Origin: Antedon mediterranea
Lineage: Eukaryota; Animalia; Echinodermata
DNA length: 64,000 nucleotides
Direction: 5' to 3'
Assembly (NCBI RefSeq): GCF_964355755.1
Contig: NC_092679.1
Span: 16,413,432-16,477,431 of the forward strand
Shown here piece by piece: positions 1 to 18,900 of the stretch; position 1 is the stretch's first letter, and every line of letters begins with the position of its first letter. Both the position numbers and the translations under genes were made by a program. The notes beneath the pieces are model-generated. The model saw nothing but the letters and a program-made list of their open reading frames with translations, was not told where the DNA came from and did no database searches.

Positions 1-66
1 TTCAACTGTAAAATTTAAACTGAATACAGCTAAAAATAAACACTATTAAATAGACATCCATGTTAA

Positions 67-225
67 GCTCTGCCTACAGTATCAAACATCATGTGACTAA
101 AAAATGTGATGTACCCATATATGGACATGATGATGTCATATCACTACCATATTTGGACATATCACTACCATATTTGAGCACATCACATTATTTTGTCAAA
201 TTAGTTTGATAGTGTAGACATAGCT
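67..225. mobile_element. MITE family 1 (~160 bp, TIR AGCTCTGTCTACACTATCAAAC, internal 21-bp repeats). About 15 copies: ~67, 10963, 12563, 16377, 20558, 26812, 30378, 33494, 37623, 40572, 46163, 47090, 48612, 51121, 53962
   Basis: Near-identical TIRs and internal ATATCACTACCATATTTGGGC units. Matching TAA...TAA or TTA...TTA flanks in the copies at 10963, 12563, 16377, 26812, 30378 and 33494 fit a 3-bp TWA TSD (PIF/Harbinger, Tourist-like). Confidence 0.9.
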
Positions 226-379
226 TAAGAATAGATTCAAAGGGGGAGGGGAAGGGGACATTTATTTTACTTATGGAGAGGGGGATGACAAATATACATT
301 TTATACTGTAAAACCCTGTCTTGTTTGTGCTTCTCTCATTATCCTGGTGTAGAAGACCTACAGTTAATCAATCACAAAC

Positions 380-480
380 CTGTCTTCAATGTCGTATATT
401 ATTGGTTCATTGTCATTCATTGACTGTATCATGGCCTCCTCTTCTTCCATAATTCTTTCGTCACTGTCATCTTCTGCCAT
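380..480 (-). CDS. First coding exon of an unidentified gene that continues off the left edge (MAEDDSDERIMEEEEAMIQSMNDNEPIIYDIEDR...)
   Basis: Acceptor (ttacAG, ~497) shortly upstream, ATG in good context (aagATGg) at 480, 33 codons + 2 nt, then a GTTTGT donor at 379. Acidic peptide; no family recognised. Confidence 0.55.
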
Positions 481-3312
481 CTTGATGAATTTTTACCTGT
501 AAACAAGTTTTTTTTTCGTAAGTTTTTAAAGAATATGCTAACCTAGGCCTAGTATAGACTAGCTAGTACTGCACTATATCAAAGAATATATATAACAAGA
601 ATGAGCAATCCGCGATTTTCCCTGTAACAGTAATATTGTCCATGTGGTAGGGCGCCGCCATAAGTGAGGATGTATCTAGGATGTATACAACTTTTTGTGA
701 CGGTTTCACTAATCAAAGGCTGGACCACCGGTAGTATTTTCATGATAAAAAATGTTATCAACTACATGCCAACATCATGTTAAATGCTGTTTGGATATTT
801 AATTGTTCGTTTTATGCAATTTATTTAGTAAAAACTGCCATATAAACAGTTCGCTTTATCAACCAGGCGCTACGATAGCGTGACCGGGCGTGTTGGTGTT
901 TACGCGTTTTCACGAAGGATAGTTTTAACTTGTTTCTGGTAAAACAAATAAATGTTAATGATTTAACATTTTATCCTGTTAATAACATGTATTTTATACT
1001 AATTTATATCATAAAAACAATACTTAATTTACCGGACGTAGAGTAGTACGCGGCAATGGTAAAGAATAGGCCGTGCTGAGTAACGATTCGTTGATTTTTG
1101 GTGTTGCTGTGTTAGGCCTTTTTTGTGAACTAATTTAGCATGTTAGTAAATAATTATCTGTAAAAGTGAATGTACACTAGTTTGTTAATAAATATGTATT
1201 ATAAAATAGTTTACAATTGCAAAATATATTATCATAATTCTATTTAATGTGACATGTATAATATCTATTAAATCAAGTCTTATTTAGTATGTATACACCC
1301 GCCCTTATTAGGGCGGGCATCACTCTCTGGAGCTCTCTGTTAGTTACAAATTTCTCATGCAAAAATCGCGGAATACTCATTCTTCTTGTGATATATATTC
1401 TTTGACTATATTACAATAATTCTTTAATATAAGGTAGAAGAAAACCAAACAAACAAGTATACTGTAATTGTTATACCTGATAAGGAAACCTCTAATTATG
1501 TCCAAGGACGGGAATTTACAATGAGTACGAGGTCACCAAACATAAGGGACATCACATGACATTTTTTTAGCTAGGCCTCTAGGCGTTGCACAGTAGGTTG
1601 GGTTGTTGGCCCCTGTCTCTGGCCGGCCGTGGACTGAATTATATAATTCTTTCTTGCTAGGCCTAGCCTAGTGCCTAGCTAGGCCTTTTTTGGCACATAA
1701 AGTACATCATTATTAAATATTTCTCAAATAGATTTAGTTGATTTAGTGTACACTAAAAATACATACCTTTTCATTTATTTTAAAACAGCGAGGTGTTTCG
1801 TACAAAAGTCACGAGAGACACAACCTTCAAAATGACAAAATGACAAAATGTGATGTTTTTATTTTTCATACAGTTCGCCCTCTTTCGTCGTAGATCAAAA
1901 TTTTATTTGGAAAAAACGTATAAATACTGTATTATTATGCATGCATTAAAAACGCGATTGGACACGAATTATTATTGTATTTTATACGAATAAATAACTT
2001 AAAAAATTTTCGAAATTACCAAATGCGAATTTGGTAACTTCCTAATACCGCAGCACATCATCATCTATATATTCGAAATAATTCCTCCATGCTATATACT
2101 ATAGGGAAACGATTTTTCCTTTATAAATGATTATGCCTTATTAATTATTACCTATATAACACCTAAATAAAATCATGTCATTTGATTTGCCGATTGTGGG
2201 TCAATCAAATAATACGCACTATTTAACGATCGATACAGAGTATTCTCTCCTCTCCCCCTTTTTTTCGTGTGCGTACAAAAAAAATACCATACTATACTAG
2301 TAGGCAGCTACCTATTATAACTACTAAGTAGGCCTACTATACCCATTTTACTTGGTAAAAGTTAAGCTAAGTTGATGTATACTTTATAATATGTATTTCA
2401 CTGCACATATAACATGTATATTTCTTATTTGTCCTGGCAAGTTATTATCTGAAATAGTCAAATCAAAATGTAATGAGGTGGTGAACTTTCAACCGGGTAT
2501 ATTATTATCTGAAATTGTTATACAGTATTCATTACGTAACTTGTGGTACACGTCAGAATTTTCTAGTACGGGCAAAATCAAAACTGCCTCAATATAAAAT
2601 GTATTAACACGACATGTTTCGGGCATAGGCCTAGTCCATCATCAGGTATAATTGCATAAAAATAGTACCGTAAATCTTCTAATTGTAACCATGTGTTATT
2701 TCTTTGATTGTTTTTTATAGTGGGTTACTATTTTAGAAGGGGGGTTAATAATATTACAGTAGTGGGTTACTATGACTAATCTTTAAATTAGGCACCTGAA
2801 AATAGTAGGCCTAACCCACCCCCAACTTTTCCGGACAGCTCATAGCAAAATAATAAAACAGTACGAATAAACAAATTTGGTTGAACTCTACCTTTATTAT
2901 AAACTCAAAAACACTCAATCCTCTCCCGAGATCAACATGCATTATCTCCTTATTTTCAAAATACGGCTGCATTAATGTAATTTTGTCAATAGTTTTTGTG
3001 ACTCTAATATTAACACCATATGTGTAACTATTAATTAGAGTAGTGGGGTATTATTATTATAGATTGACTTATAAGGTGGGTTACTATTAGAACGGGTGTT
3101 ACTAGAGTGTGGGTTACTATTAGAAGATTTACGTTATACAGTATTTGTGTACGGCGGCGTGTTGTCGCAAACGACGATATCGTCCTTACGTCGATATATC
3201 CGACGCGAATTCCGTGTCATGCCGCACCACCCCGTGCTAGTCCGAAATATTACTTTATACCACTTGTTTACAAAATTCAATTAACCTAAATATTACTGTG
3301 TTGTGGTTTTTT

Positions 3313-3403
3313 TACGTCACGTATCATGTTTCCTCTAGTAATTTATCAACTAAAGATAGCGCCGTTTGATTTATTGCGCATGTACATTTTGATGGTCTAC
3401 GTG
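3313..3403. promoter_or_regulatory. Candidate hypoxia-response elements (TACGTG on both strands) upstream of EGLN1
   Basis: TACGTCACGTA at ~3313-3323 contains TACGTG on the - strand; TACGTG at 3398-3403 on +. Both lie in a relatively CpG-rich patch. PHD2 is a known HIF target in vertebrates. The motif is short, so chance is possible. Confidence 0.35.
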
Positions 3404-3975
3404 AGAACCGAGTGTAGTCCACATTGTTTAATAATAATAATGTTATTAATATATGGATGTTGTAGATTTAATGTATGTGTCCGTCGTACAAAAAAACATA
3501 TTATAATATTAAAGGTGTTTGGTGTAAAGGTGAAATTTTGTATTAATAGTTTCCATAGAACAAAAACCGAAATAAAATAAAGATTTCACTTTATATTGAC
3601 GTAAAAGACAAAAATAAACGGTTAAATTTAATCAAAAACTAGGTGACTGACAGACAAAACAAACAGGCTTCTGCATGGTTGACTTTATGGGGTTTTTTTT
3701 TTCATGTATATTTTTTCGATCCCGGTTTCGATTCAATTTTTGAGAATGAATAACTTAGCAGACAGTATTTTCACATAATATAATAATAAAAGATAAAATA
3801 CAGAAATAGACTGAAATTGGAACTAAAAAAAAAAGAGGATATCTGTTTTACTACGTAACGGCTGGATGTCAAGGCTACGAGACGAGACTAGTCGTCGATA
3901 TTGTGGCCGATTGATTCCGATTCCGATTCTGATCATGTGGGCCAATGTTTACATTTTGTATGTAATGATCGCGAA

Positions 3976-9553
<5,578 letters not shown>

Positions 9554-11997
9554 CTTGGGTAAGAAACATTTCATGAATACAGTATTTAATAATAGTATAA
9601 ATTTTTAGCAGAATATAAATCCAAATTCTGTTAGCCTTTGACAGTAAAAAAATGGAAAGAAGTTGCGACTTCTGTTAAATAATATTTGTATTTTTATTAT
9701 TAAAATATTGCCAATAGTAGTAGTTTAATAATGTATTTTCAACTTTTTTATCCCACAGTACAGTAAACAACGATAGATGAAGATGTAGCACTGCGCCAAA
9801 CCCAAGTATTAGTACAATCAGATGAAATCACTGGTTTACGGTTTAAGACTCCCTTTTAAAGAGGAGTGCTGAGTGTGTAAAAACTAGAATATATCATATT
9901 TTATGGAATAGTGTGCATACCGTCATTTGATTGGTTAATTTTTAATCATGTGCCGTGCATGTTAAACATTTTTAGAATTTTGTTTGATGCTGTAGGCTGG
10001 TGGATAATGATCAAAATCCAACCTGTGGTGTGTGTCATCTTAACACCTCTATTCCGCAGCCAAAACCTTAATGCCGCCTTTTTCATGCGTAGCCTAACAA
10101 CTGCATTAAGATTGCGCAATACATGTTTTAGCCACTTAGTAGGGTCTATGAAATTGTGCCCAAGTATAAAATTATATAGCTGTTTTAAATAAAACAGAAT
10201 TTACCACCAATAATTGTTCCTAGTTACAAATGCTATGAAAAAAAAATCTGCAATAAAATAGGTCATGTACTATAGGTCATAGGTCAAATTATTTCAAACT
10301 ATGCACAATCTTTGTTTTTGTGTGTATATTATGTTTGGTTAAAAAAATCTGTGCTATCATATGAGAATAAACATCGCTTTTAGAATTAGTGAATTGTATA
10401 AAAACAAAACAAATTTATAATAGAGTAATCAATTTTAAACAGTACAGTAATTTCACTTTTTAAAAACTATATACAGAATGCGCCAACAATTTGTCCGACA
10501 TTAAAGACACTGAAGTGATACTATAAAATTGTTTTCAATACTTGACATCCTTTCTTTAACCTTCCAAATTTAGAAATGTTTAAGCAAATAAACTGTTCTC
10601 TGGCGAGTATACTGTGTTCAAAGCAACCAGTTGTTGAAATTTGGGCATTTTTCCAAAAACAATAATCCGTGACTGGGACTCTAGTTATTATATGAAAGAA
10701 AATTGTTAATGTACTACCTCTGTGTTTAGATATTGTAAATTCTCAGGTTGTTAAAAAGTGTTAATAAATACACAAAACAAAGTTATGGTATAATAATATA
10801 GAACTTCCCAACAAATATTTGGATCGTGTTCTGCTTTCGGCAAAAGCTAATATTCCTAATGGGGTTATTTGGCCGAGCTATAAATTCTTTCTTGAAATGC
10901 GGCCAAAATATCAAAGGTTTGATTTTGATAATACGGAAGACAAACAATATAACAAAGCCTAAAGCCTTGTCTACACTATCAAACTTTATGTGACAAAAAA
11001 ATGTAATGTTATGCACATAATTATGGACATAATGATGTCATATCACTACACATACTTGGCACATCACACTTTTTTTTGTCAAACTAATTTGATAGTGTAG
11101 ACAGAGCTTAATTTTAACCTGCATTGATAATTTTGTTGTCTGCTGTCTTCCAACTATAATTACAATATACAGTATTATTATTATATCAGATAAGCATGGG
11201 ATACAATCACAAAAACATTGTTTATAAACATTAATATATTATATCCTTGATTTTGGTAAAAACCGTTTTGGGTTTAGCAAAATAATCTTAATTGGAAGTC
11301 TATCTCTAAAAGAAGCCCCAAGGGTAAAGAGCTCATGGGCTTCTTTTTGAGGTTTTACAGAATATGACAAATTTGTTTTTAATTTTTATACAGTTTTAAC
11401 AGAATAACACATGTAATGTATTAATTTTGTATAAAAAAATGATCCAAATTGCTGTATATTACTACCATGTTGTTACTGTACATATTACTATATAGTTTAC
11501 AAAACAGATCATGTTTTTTCGTGGAAATAAATCCACTTTAAATATATAATGCTAAAGTATATAAATGTGCTTTAAGGTTTTTAAGATGAAATAAATGTAG
11601 GAAAAGTAGTAGAGAATATTCTATTTATTATATTATATTATATTCATTTGCAATCATATTGATGGATAATTACACCAATTTCTGACAGCAAGTGGTGCTT
11701 TTTGAATATGGTTGTGTATTTTTAAACAATCAACATATTACCCCTTGAATTGAAGACTTCAGAGCAAGAATTCTTATCTGGGCTAAAAATGGGATGGGAT
11801 GGGGGGTACTCTGTTGTACTTCCTGGATCTGCACTGTAAACAGTCTAATCTGGCTTAATGCCAATGAAGCACATCTGCTGTCTCTAATCTCAGAATTTTA
11901 CTACACAAATAAAATGAAATGACTTTAAGGTCTATTTTTTTTGGTAGAAGGGGTTTGGTTCTTTTATATTTAGGCAATTTGACAAAGGTACAGTAAG

Positions 11998-12237
11998 TTG
12001 GATAGCCGAGTGGTTAGGACACTTGACTGTCATACAGATAGACCCGGGTTCAATTCCCGACAACCCCCACTCCACTCAGCTGTAAATGAGTACCTAGTTG
12101 AAAATACTAGGGCGAAAAAGGCGGCGTGGAAAGGAACTGGCCACCCTACCACATAATACCGAGGATTAGTACAATAAGCTCCTAACAGCTTATTCCCCTA
12201 TGTTCAGAATGAACACAAGACTCGCCTTTACCTTTAC
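11998..12237 (+). mobile_element. tRNA-derived SINE (second family)
   Basis: A-box TAGCCGAGTGG, B-box GGTTCAATTCC, body CCACTCAGCTGTAAATGAGTACC, (CCTTTA)n tail. Confidence 0.75.
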
Positions 12238-12501
12238 AGTAACTATAAGTGATTTTATTCATTATTCTTAAAGTGAATCCAAACAAGATGCTCAACAAGT
12301 ATTTTGGAGTGGAGTTGGATTTATTTGTCATGAAAAAAATCTTGATATTTGACCTTCAACCCCGAGATAGGTAGCCAAACACGTTAACCATCAAGTTATA
12401 ACTCCACTACATGGGGAGGTTGTTTGAGTGCACTTAAATACTTCAGACCACGCCCACCTGGTTAGTGCTAGAGTGTCCATCTGCCCAAAATGCAACTTTA
12501 A

Positions 12502-12745
12502 AGGGTATAGCTCCGGGTTTAAAATGTCTAATATAACCCCAATTACTTTCTGACAACAGTAAAGCTTTGTCTACACTATCAAACTTGTTTGACAAAAAAA
12601 AGGTGTGATGTGCCGAAATATGGTAGTGATATGCTTATATATGGTATTGATATGACATCATCATGTTCATATATGGGCACATATTTGTTTGAAAGTGTAG
12701 ACTGCGCTTAAAACAGAACAAGTGTTTTAACCCCGAACTCGCCCT
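12502..12745. mobile_element. TTAA-flanked element containing a nested MITE family 1 copy (12563-12708)
   Basis: TTAA-AGGG...CCGGGTTTAAAA and TTTTAACCCCG...CCCT-TTAA form imperfect TIRs. Confidence 0.55.
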
Positions 12746-12956
12746 TTAAACAATAGGTGGGCAGCATAGCTTGCAAACAATTGGGTACAATCCATCATCA
12801 TTCATTATATGCAGGAAGTTATTTACATTGAAGATATTATTTTTCTTTGGTCTAAATTATTTTGTTGAAGTAGTTAGTAATTTTCTCGATATAAGTAGTG
12901 CATTTCGAGTAAGGTGCGGTGCCATTGTTCAAACCTCACCAAACAGACTGTCTTCC

Positions 12957-15900
12957 TTATCTATGGTCTTGTACACTGTTTGTATATTTGATGCAACTTG
13001 ATGCTATTATGCTTGCTATACTTGTTTTCACTTCTGGAAGATGCCCACAAACAATCTTCACATACTCATGGTCTATATAAAATGTACAAATTCTGTGTAT
13101 TAGTGCTTGTATGACAGCATGTTTTATAAATGAACCATCTCTCCTCAATCAAAGAATATTGACAACAAAAAAGAATACCAAAAAATAGGCTTAGTTGATG
13201 ATACTTTGTGCACTGAAGCGTATGAACATTTTGATATTTTTTATTTCACCTTAATTATGGAGGGTGACCCTAAACAGCATATGCTGACAATCAAGGGGCC
13301 CTTGTGATGAGTTATGATAAGTGGCTGTGTGCATACTAATACACACCGGGTAACACCCTCCTCATCTCGGGGTAACCCCCTCCTCATCTCGGGATAACCC
13401 CTCCTCATCTTGGAAGATGTACTAGGTTCTTTAAAGTGCACATGAGCCAGATGTGTACACTGGACCTACGGTTTATAGTCCTAGACTCGTTCTACCAGCA
13501 GAACCATGTAGCAAGTGGGGCTTGAACCCTTGCCGATGTATGGCAAGGTCAGTGGCGTATCCAGTGGGGGGGGGGGGGGGGGGTGGGGGTGGGGGCACCT
13601 CATCGCGTCCGTCGGCAAACAAAGGTGCCGGGAAAAAAATAAAGTTAGGGAAATAAGAATAAACTATTATTCGACAATAATTGAACTGTAAACATAATTC
13701 TTTTGAGTGTTTGTTTATTTACATATCATATCATTGATCCCTTCAGATCAACTATTTTTTATTTTCATTACATCGAACGAAACACGTAAAAAATGTGGTC
13801 AAAATATCTTATTACCTGGAACGGATTTGTATGGTTCCTACGCTAAGATTATATAGTTCCACATGCCATGTGCTTTTTTCTCTAAGATATATTTATTATG
13901 AGTGCCAAAAACCGGGGTTTTTTTTCTCGATATGAGGCCTTTATTATTAAAATTTCCTAAAGAAAAAGCACACATACCATAAAAAATATCCATGTATTTC
14001 ATTTTTGGAACAGAATAGTCCGCGAGGCTCAACTACAAAACCACCATTTTGTGATATGATGTCATCGTAAGCCAATCAAAGCTGAGCTTTCTCGTGATTG
14101 GCATTGCTCACGGTTGAATGATTTTGGATTCTGGCTGATTTGATTGGTGGATGCGAATCACCCGCAGCGGAATGTTTGCTCTCGCGCGTGTAGGCCTACC
14201 ATGAATCTCTCTGATCGTTACTACACACAAAGTTAGAGCAATGAATTTTTCCGAATTCCGTTAATTAAACAACTTTATATATTTTATAAGCATTTAATAA
14301 CATGTTTTATTGATATTTCTAATGGTGATATATAAAATAAATTACTAAAAAACGTAATTATATGTAATTATTTTAACCAAAAATGGCGTGGTTAATAGAA
14401 TTGTCAACTGAGGCTGCAAATTGTTTTACTTCTTTTCGTGGCTAAAAACGATAATTTTCGGCGATGTTTTAGACCATATATTTCGAAAACTACAAGTCAG
14501 ATTTTCGTAATTCTTTCTTTATTGTAATATTAATACAACATACTAACAGATAATGTTTAATTTGGTTTAATTTTGCATCGTTATCCCATATAAGACAACA
14601 TGACTAGGCCTATGCAATCCTAGAACATATATTGATGTGTAGGCCTAGGCATGTACAGTACAGGTAATGACGTTGATTTTGTCGGCAAATTGGCAATTCC
14701 TGGCCCCCCCCCCGACTTTAAAATCCTGGATACGCCACTGGGCAAGGTATTATGGTTCCACTGTCTTATAACATGCCTACTGCTCGGCCGAAATGTGTTT
14801 AAAGAAATTATCTTCAGCAATTTCAATATTTATAGGGATTTTACAGAGACAAGTAAAAATTGTCTGTAGTTGTAAGACCCTTTAGAAAAAAAAATTATCA
14901 CAAAGAAAAAGCATGAAAAAAGGTTTTGCCAAGTAGGCCTAAAGATAGCTAGCACAGACTAGACTTGACCTACCTTCTCCCAGCAACAGGCCTGCTATTG
15001 TAGCTTTAATAGGAGCCAATTCCGGATTAGTGTCTGCAATGACAACTGCTTGGTCTTTTCGAAAATGATAGGAAGGCCACCATGATATTCTTAACTTCCA
15101 GCAATTTAGAATTACATCTAGGCCACTATCATCATGTCTAAAGGAGAGGAATATAGAAGAAAAATGATCAGCTCTGAGGAATTACCAAACAAGAAGGGTG
15201 CACCAGATACAAAGAAATATAATGATTCAATAATATACAAATAATTAATGTTTAAGAGTTGAATGGTGAGAATAATTAAAAAATTGACTGCTCTATTTAA
15301 TGAGCAAAGCCAATAAACAAATACAAAACATTAATTATTTGTTTGATAACAAACCTACTTTTATTCAAGTTATCCATTGTAAATCATTGACAAATGCTAG
15401 GCCGGAACCTAAGCCATTAAAAAAGGCAGTGCTCCAACTTTAGACGTGGAATAGAACAGTTATGGTCGGCTTGCACAGCAAGTTGATTTCCGAAAACGAA
15501 CAGTCAACAACGTTGCGTGGCAAAAAATCTCAAAATGTTTACATAAAGCTGAATGTGCATTAGAACCATTCATTATCACCATAAGATATCACTTTTCCAT
15601 GAGATAGGGTAAATTTAAAATGACATGCGATGCTCAATTGACAAATCAAATTGCAAGAATACAATCAGGTGTGTTATAATATAAAATGTATCAAAATACA
15701 CTACATAAAAAATATGGTATTTAATCAATCCACCTAGCTACTAGATGCTGTCTTACAGCCTGTTATATGGCCAGCATAATTTTTTGTCTCTTGATAATGC
15801 TAATTGTATACAATTACCGTTTTCTGACTCTTGTTATTTCATCACACAACAACTTCCATGGTTGAACTGTATCTTGCCAACAAGCATAGTCTAACATGTC

Positions 15901-18900
15901 AAACAGCATAACAATGCTCTTTCTTTTAACTTCAGCTAATAAAAAAAGAATGTAATTTCAATTTTAAAGGTAAAAGGTATTTGTATTTGCCTTCAAGCTT
16001 AACTGGAAACGGAGGACATCTGGATTAGGCCTTCCACAGACACATGGCAGCTAGCAGTGCAGCGCCTACCAGATCAGCACACTGGGAGACGATCTCCACT
16101 CTTTGGGAAAAGTGTACAAAGTTCTTTAATGTGCACTATGAACATTGGACCAACTGGTTTACGTCCCATCCAAAGGATGAGGCAATGTGAGTAAAACATC
16201 TTGAGTAAGGATACAGTTACAATGGTACAGATAGCTAGTCCGATATTATCATTACACCATCACTCTCTGGTATATACAACACCTGCCGCGAATCCAGACG
16301 GTCTCCCATCAACGCTGTATGGCCGTTTACTTGTCATACAGAAGAACCCCTCTTGTCCTCAGTTAACATTCTGTTATGCCCTGTCTACACTATCAAACTC
16401 TATGACAAAAAAATGTGATGTGCCTATATATGGACATGATGATGTCATATCACTACTATATTTGGGCATATCACTACTATATTTGGGCCTATCACTACCA
16501 TATTTGGGCACATTTGTCAAACTGGTTTGATAGTGTAGACAGAGCTTTATTATCATCATCTCCAAGTCTGTTGATATATCTGCATGGAATTTATTTTTTT
16601 CATGACAGAAAACAGTAGCGTGGTAGCTTGGTACTAAAAACAGTAGTATACCACAAGTAGCGGCAGGGAGTAAAGGAAGTATGTAATAAAACAATGCCCA
16701 ATAAAACAGCAAGATCAGTTTACAATTCTATCCAGTTATAAGCCCATGTGATACTTACAAGTGATTTTTCTTGATTTCTTTCTGCGTTCAAGAATATGAA
16801 GACGTTCGTAAAGTTCCAAAACAAATTCACTAGAAGGAACTTTGGCTACAAGTTTCTTTAAATTAAAACAAACAATAAACAAACAATAAATCAAAAGAGA
16901 TTAAATTCAGAATGTTTTGTTGAAGACCAAAGTACAGATCTGCGATAAAAAAATTAGGGTTTCCCCTCTAAATTTCTTTCATATTTATTTAGTCATTGTT
17001 TATAACTTTACAATTACAGTACAAAATTAATGGCAAGGATCCTGCATAAAGAAGTTTACAATTCTGTTTTTGCAGGACCCTTTTACATAAAACATAAAAA
17101 ATAAAACTCAACATAAATAAAATAAAAGTGTATAAATAAAATTTTAGTGTTGTTCATCAGCATAAAACGATAAATATCGTTTTTAACGTGTTTATTTATA
17201 CATTTATTTTTTTCTTTTTGTTGTTGGGACTGAGGCCACGACGGCCAATAGATACTGTAGCATATCTTGACAACAGTGTAATAAAAATAAGTTCAGTACA
17301 GTGTATATATATATATAATTTGAAACGATAAAGATGAGAAAATCTGTGAGAATGAGAAAAAGTCGCCCCAACAGAGACTCGAACTCGGACCGTCTGCTTG
17401 ATATGCAGTTGCCCTAACCATTAGACCACTGGGGCTTTCATGGTATTGTTCAAACTCGATTGGATAGCGACTCTTTAACATTCTCGGCGTGGTACGGTGG
17501 GGCGACTTTTTCTCATTCTCACATATTTCCTCATCTTTATCTTTTCAAATTAATTAATTAAATTTCAGTATATCACCGGGTGGTTTAGAATTGCCTAATG
17601 TGTTTATATATATATATCCTCATTTCATTAAATTTACCATGATTAATTTATGACATATTTGTATTTGCATTTAATTTTTTAATTTATATTTTAGTTATTT
17701 TTTATTATTTTAATTTTATATTGTATAATAAGGGTCAATATGAGACGAAGTACCCACTTCTAATCTTGTTCCTAATAATGGTTTTTTTAAATTTATTTTT
17801 GTTCTTTATTTAATTCAATTTTGTTTGCTTTCATGTTATTTCAATCAATTATTATTGATTATTGTTATTTTATTACCATTATATTATTACTGTAGCTTCA
17901 TTATTGAAAACATTGTATGGAACTGAACTGAACCACTAGTTGTCCCTGTCCCTGTTTCATTTTTTTTCAGTTTTACAATTTTACAAATTTACTTTTATTT
18001 TGTTGTGCATGAAATGAAATAAACTATTTCTGTCAAGTGGCTCACCAAAATGAAAAATGAAAGGGAAAAAAAATATATAGGAAAAAAATGGTTCTCACCT
18101 CTAAAATAGAAATTTGTTCTTTAAGTGGACCATCTGTACTTTGTAGATATTGGTAAAGGTAAACATAACTATTAGGATTTCCAGGATTATCCTCATTGTA
18201 TTTCATCAACACTGATTTAAGTTTCTTGTTATCATCAAAAGGCTTCATCAACTACAAAGAACACGTGCATTAAGTTTATTCTTGTAAGCTTGGTTCCCAC
18301 TAGAACGTAACGCAAGGACGTAAACGCAACGCAAGCGTTTTAACCAATGACAAGCGAAGTTATAGACAGTTAGCAATCACAAGCGAATAAGCCATCGCTT
18401 GTGATTGGTCAATTCACTTGCGTTGCGTTACGTCCTTGTGTTGCGTCGCTAGTGGGAACCACGCTTTAGGAGCTTTAGATTTTGTTTGTTTCTGTGATTC
18501 AAGCTCAAGGAATGACATGCTATGTGTGCCAAAATATCTGACATCAAAATCTATTGTTTTGTAAAGGCCTATTTATACTAGCACAATAACAATTGACAAT
18601 AACTGATAAATATGCATCTAGAACTATATGATATATAAATTAATTTTTTATTTACATTAATTTTTATATTAACATTTCACATTTCAATTTCACATGTCCA
18701 ATAAAATGACGTCATGATTACTAAGTAATAATATCGTGAGGATGCAACAATTTTATTGCTCTTCTTGATTATGAAATCATTTGATTGGACTTATATATAT
18801 TATTTTTATCAAAGACAGCTTAAATGATCTTATAGTTAGGTTATGTAAGAAAAATGTATGTTTATCTATTTATCGTCAATTGTTACCATCTTAGTGTGTA

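Noticed and set aside
17364-17435. Functional tRNA gene (also 43426-43498 and the SINE heads)
   Set aside because: Stem mismatches, A at position 32, ATC anticodon and a mutated T loop in one copy; embedded in an interspersed repeat. Treated as repeat-borne tRNA-like sequence.
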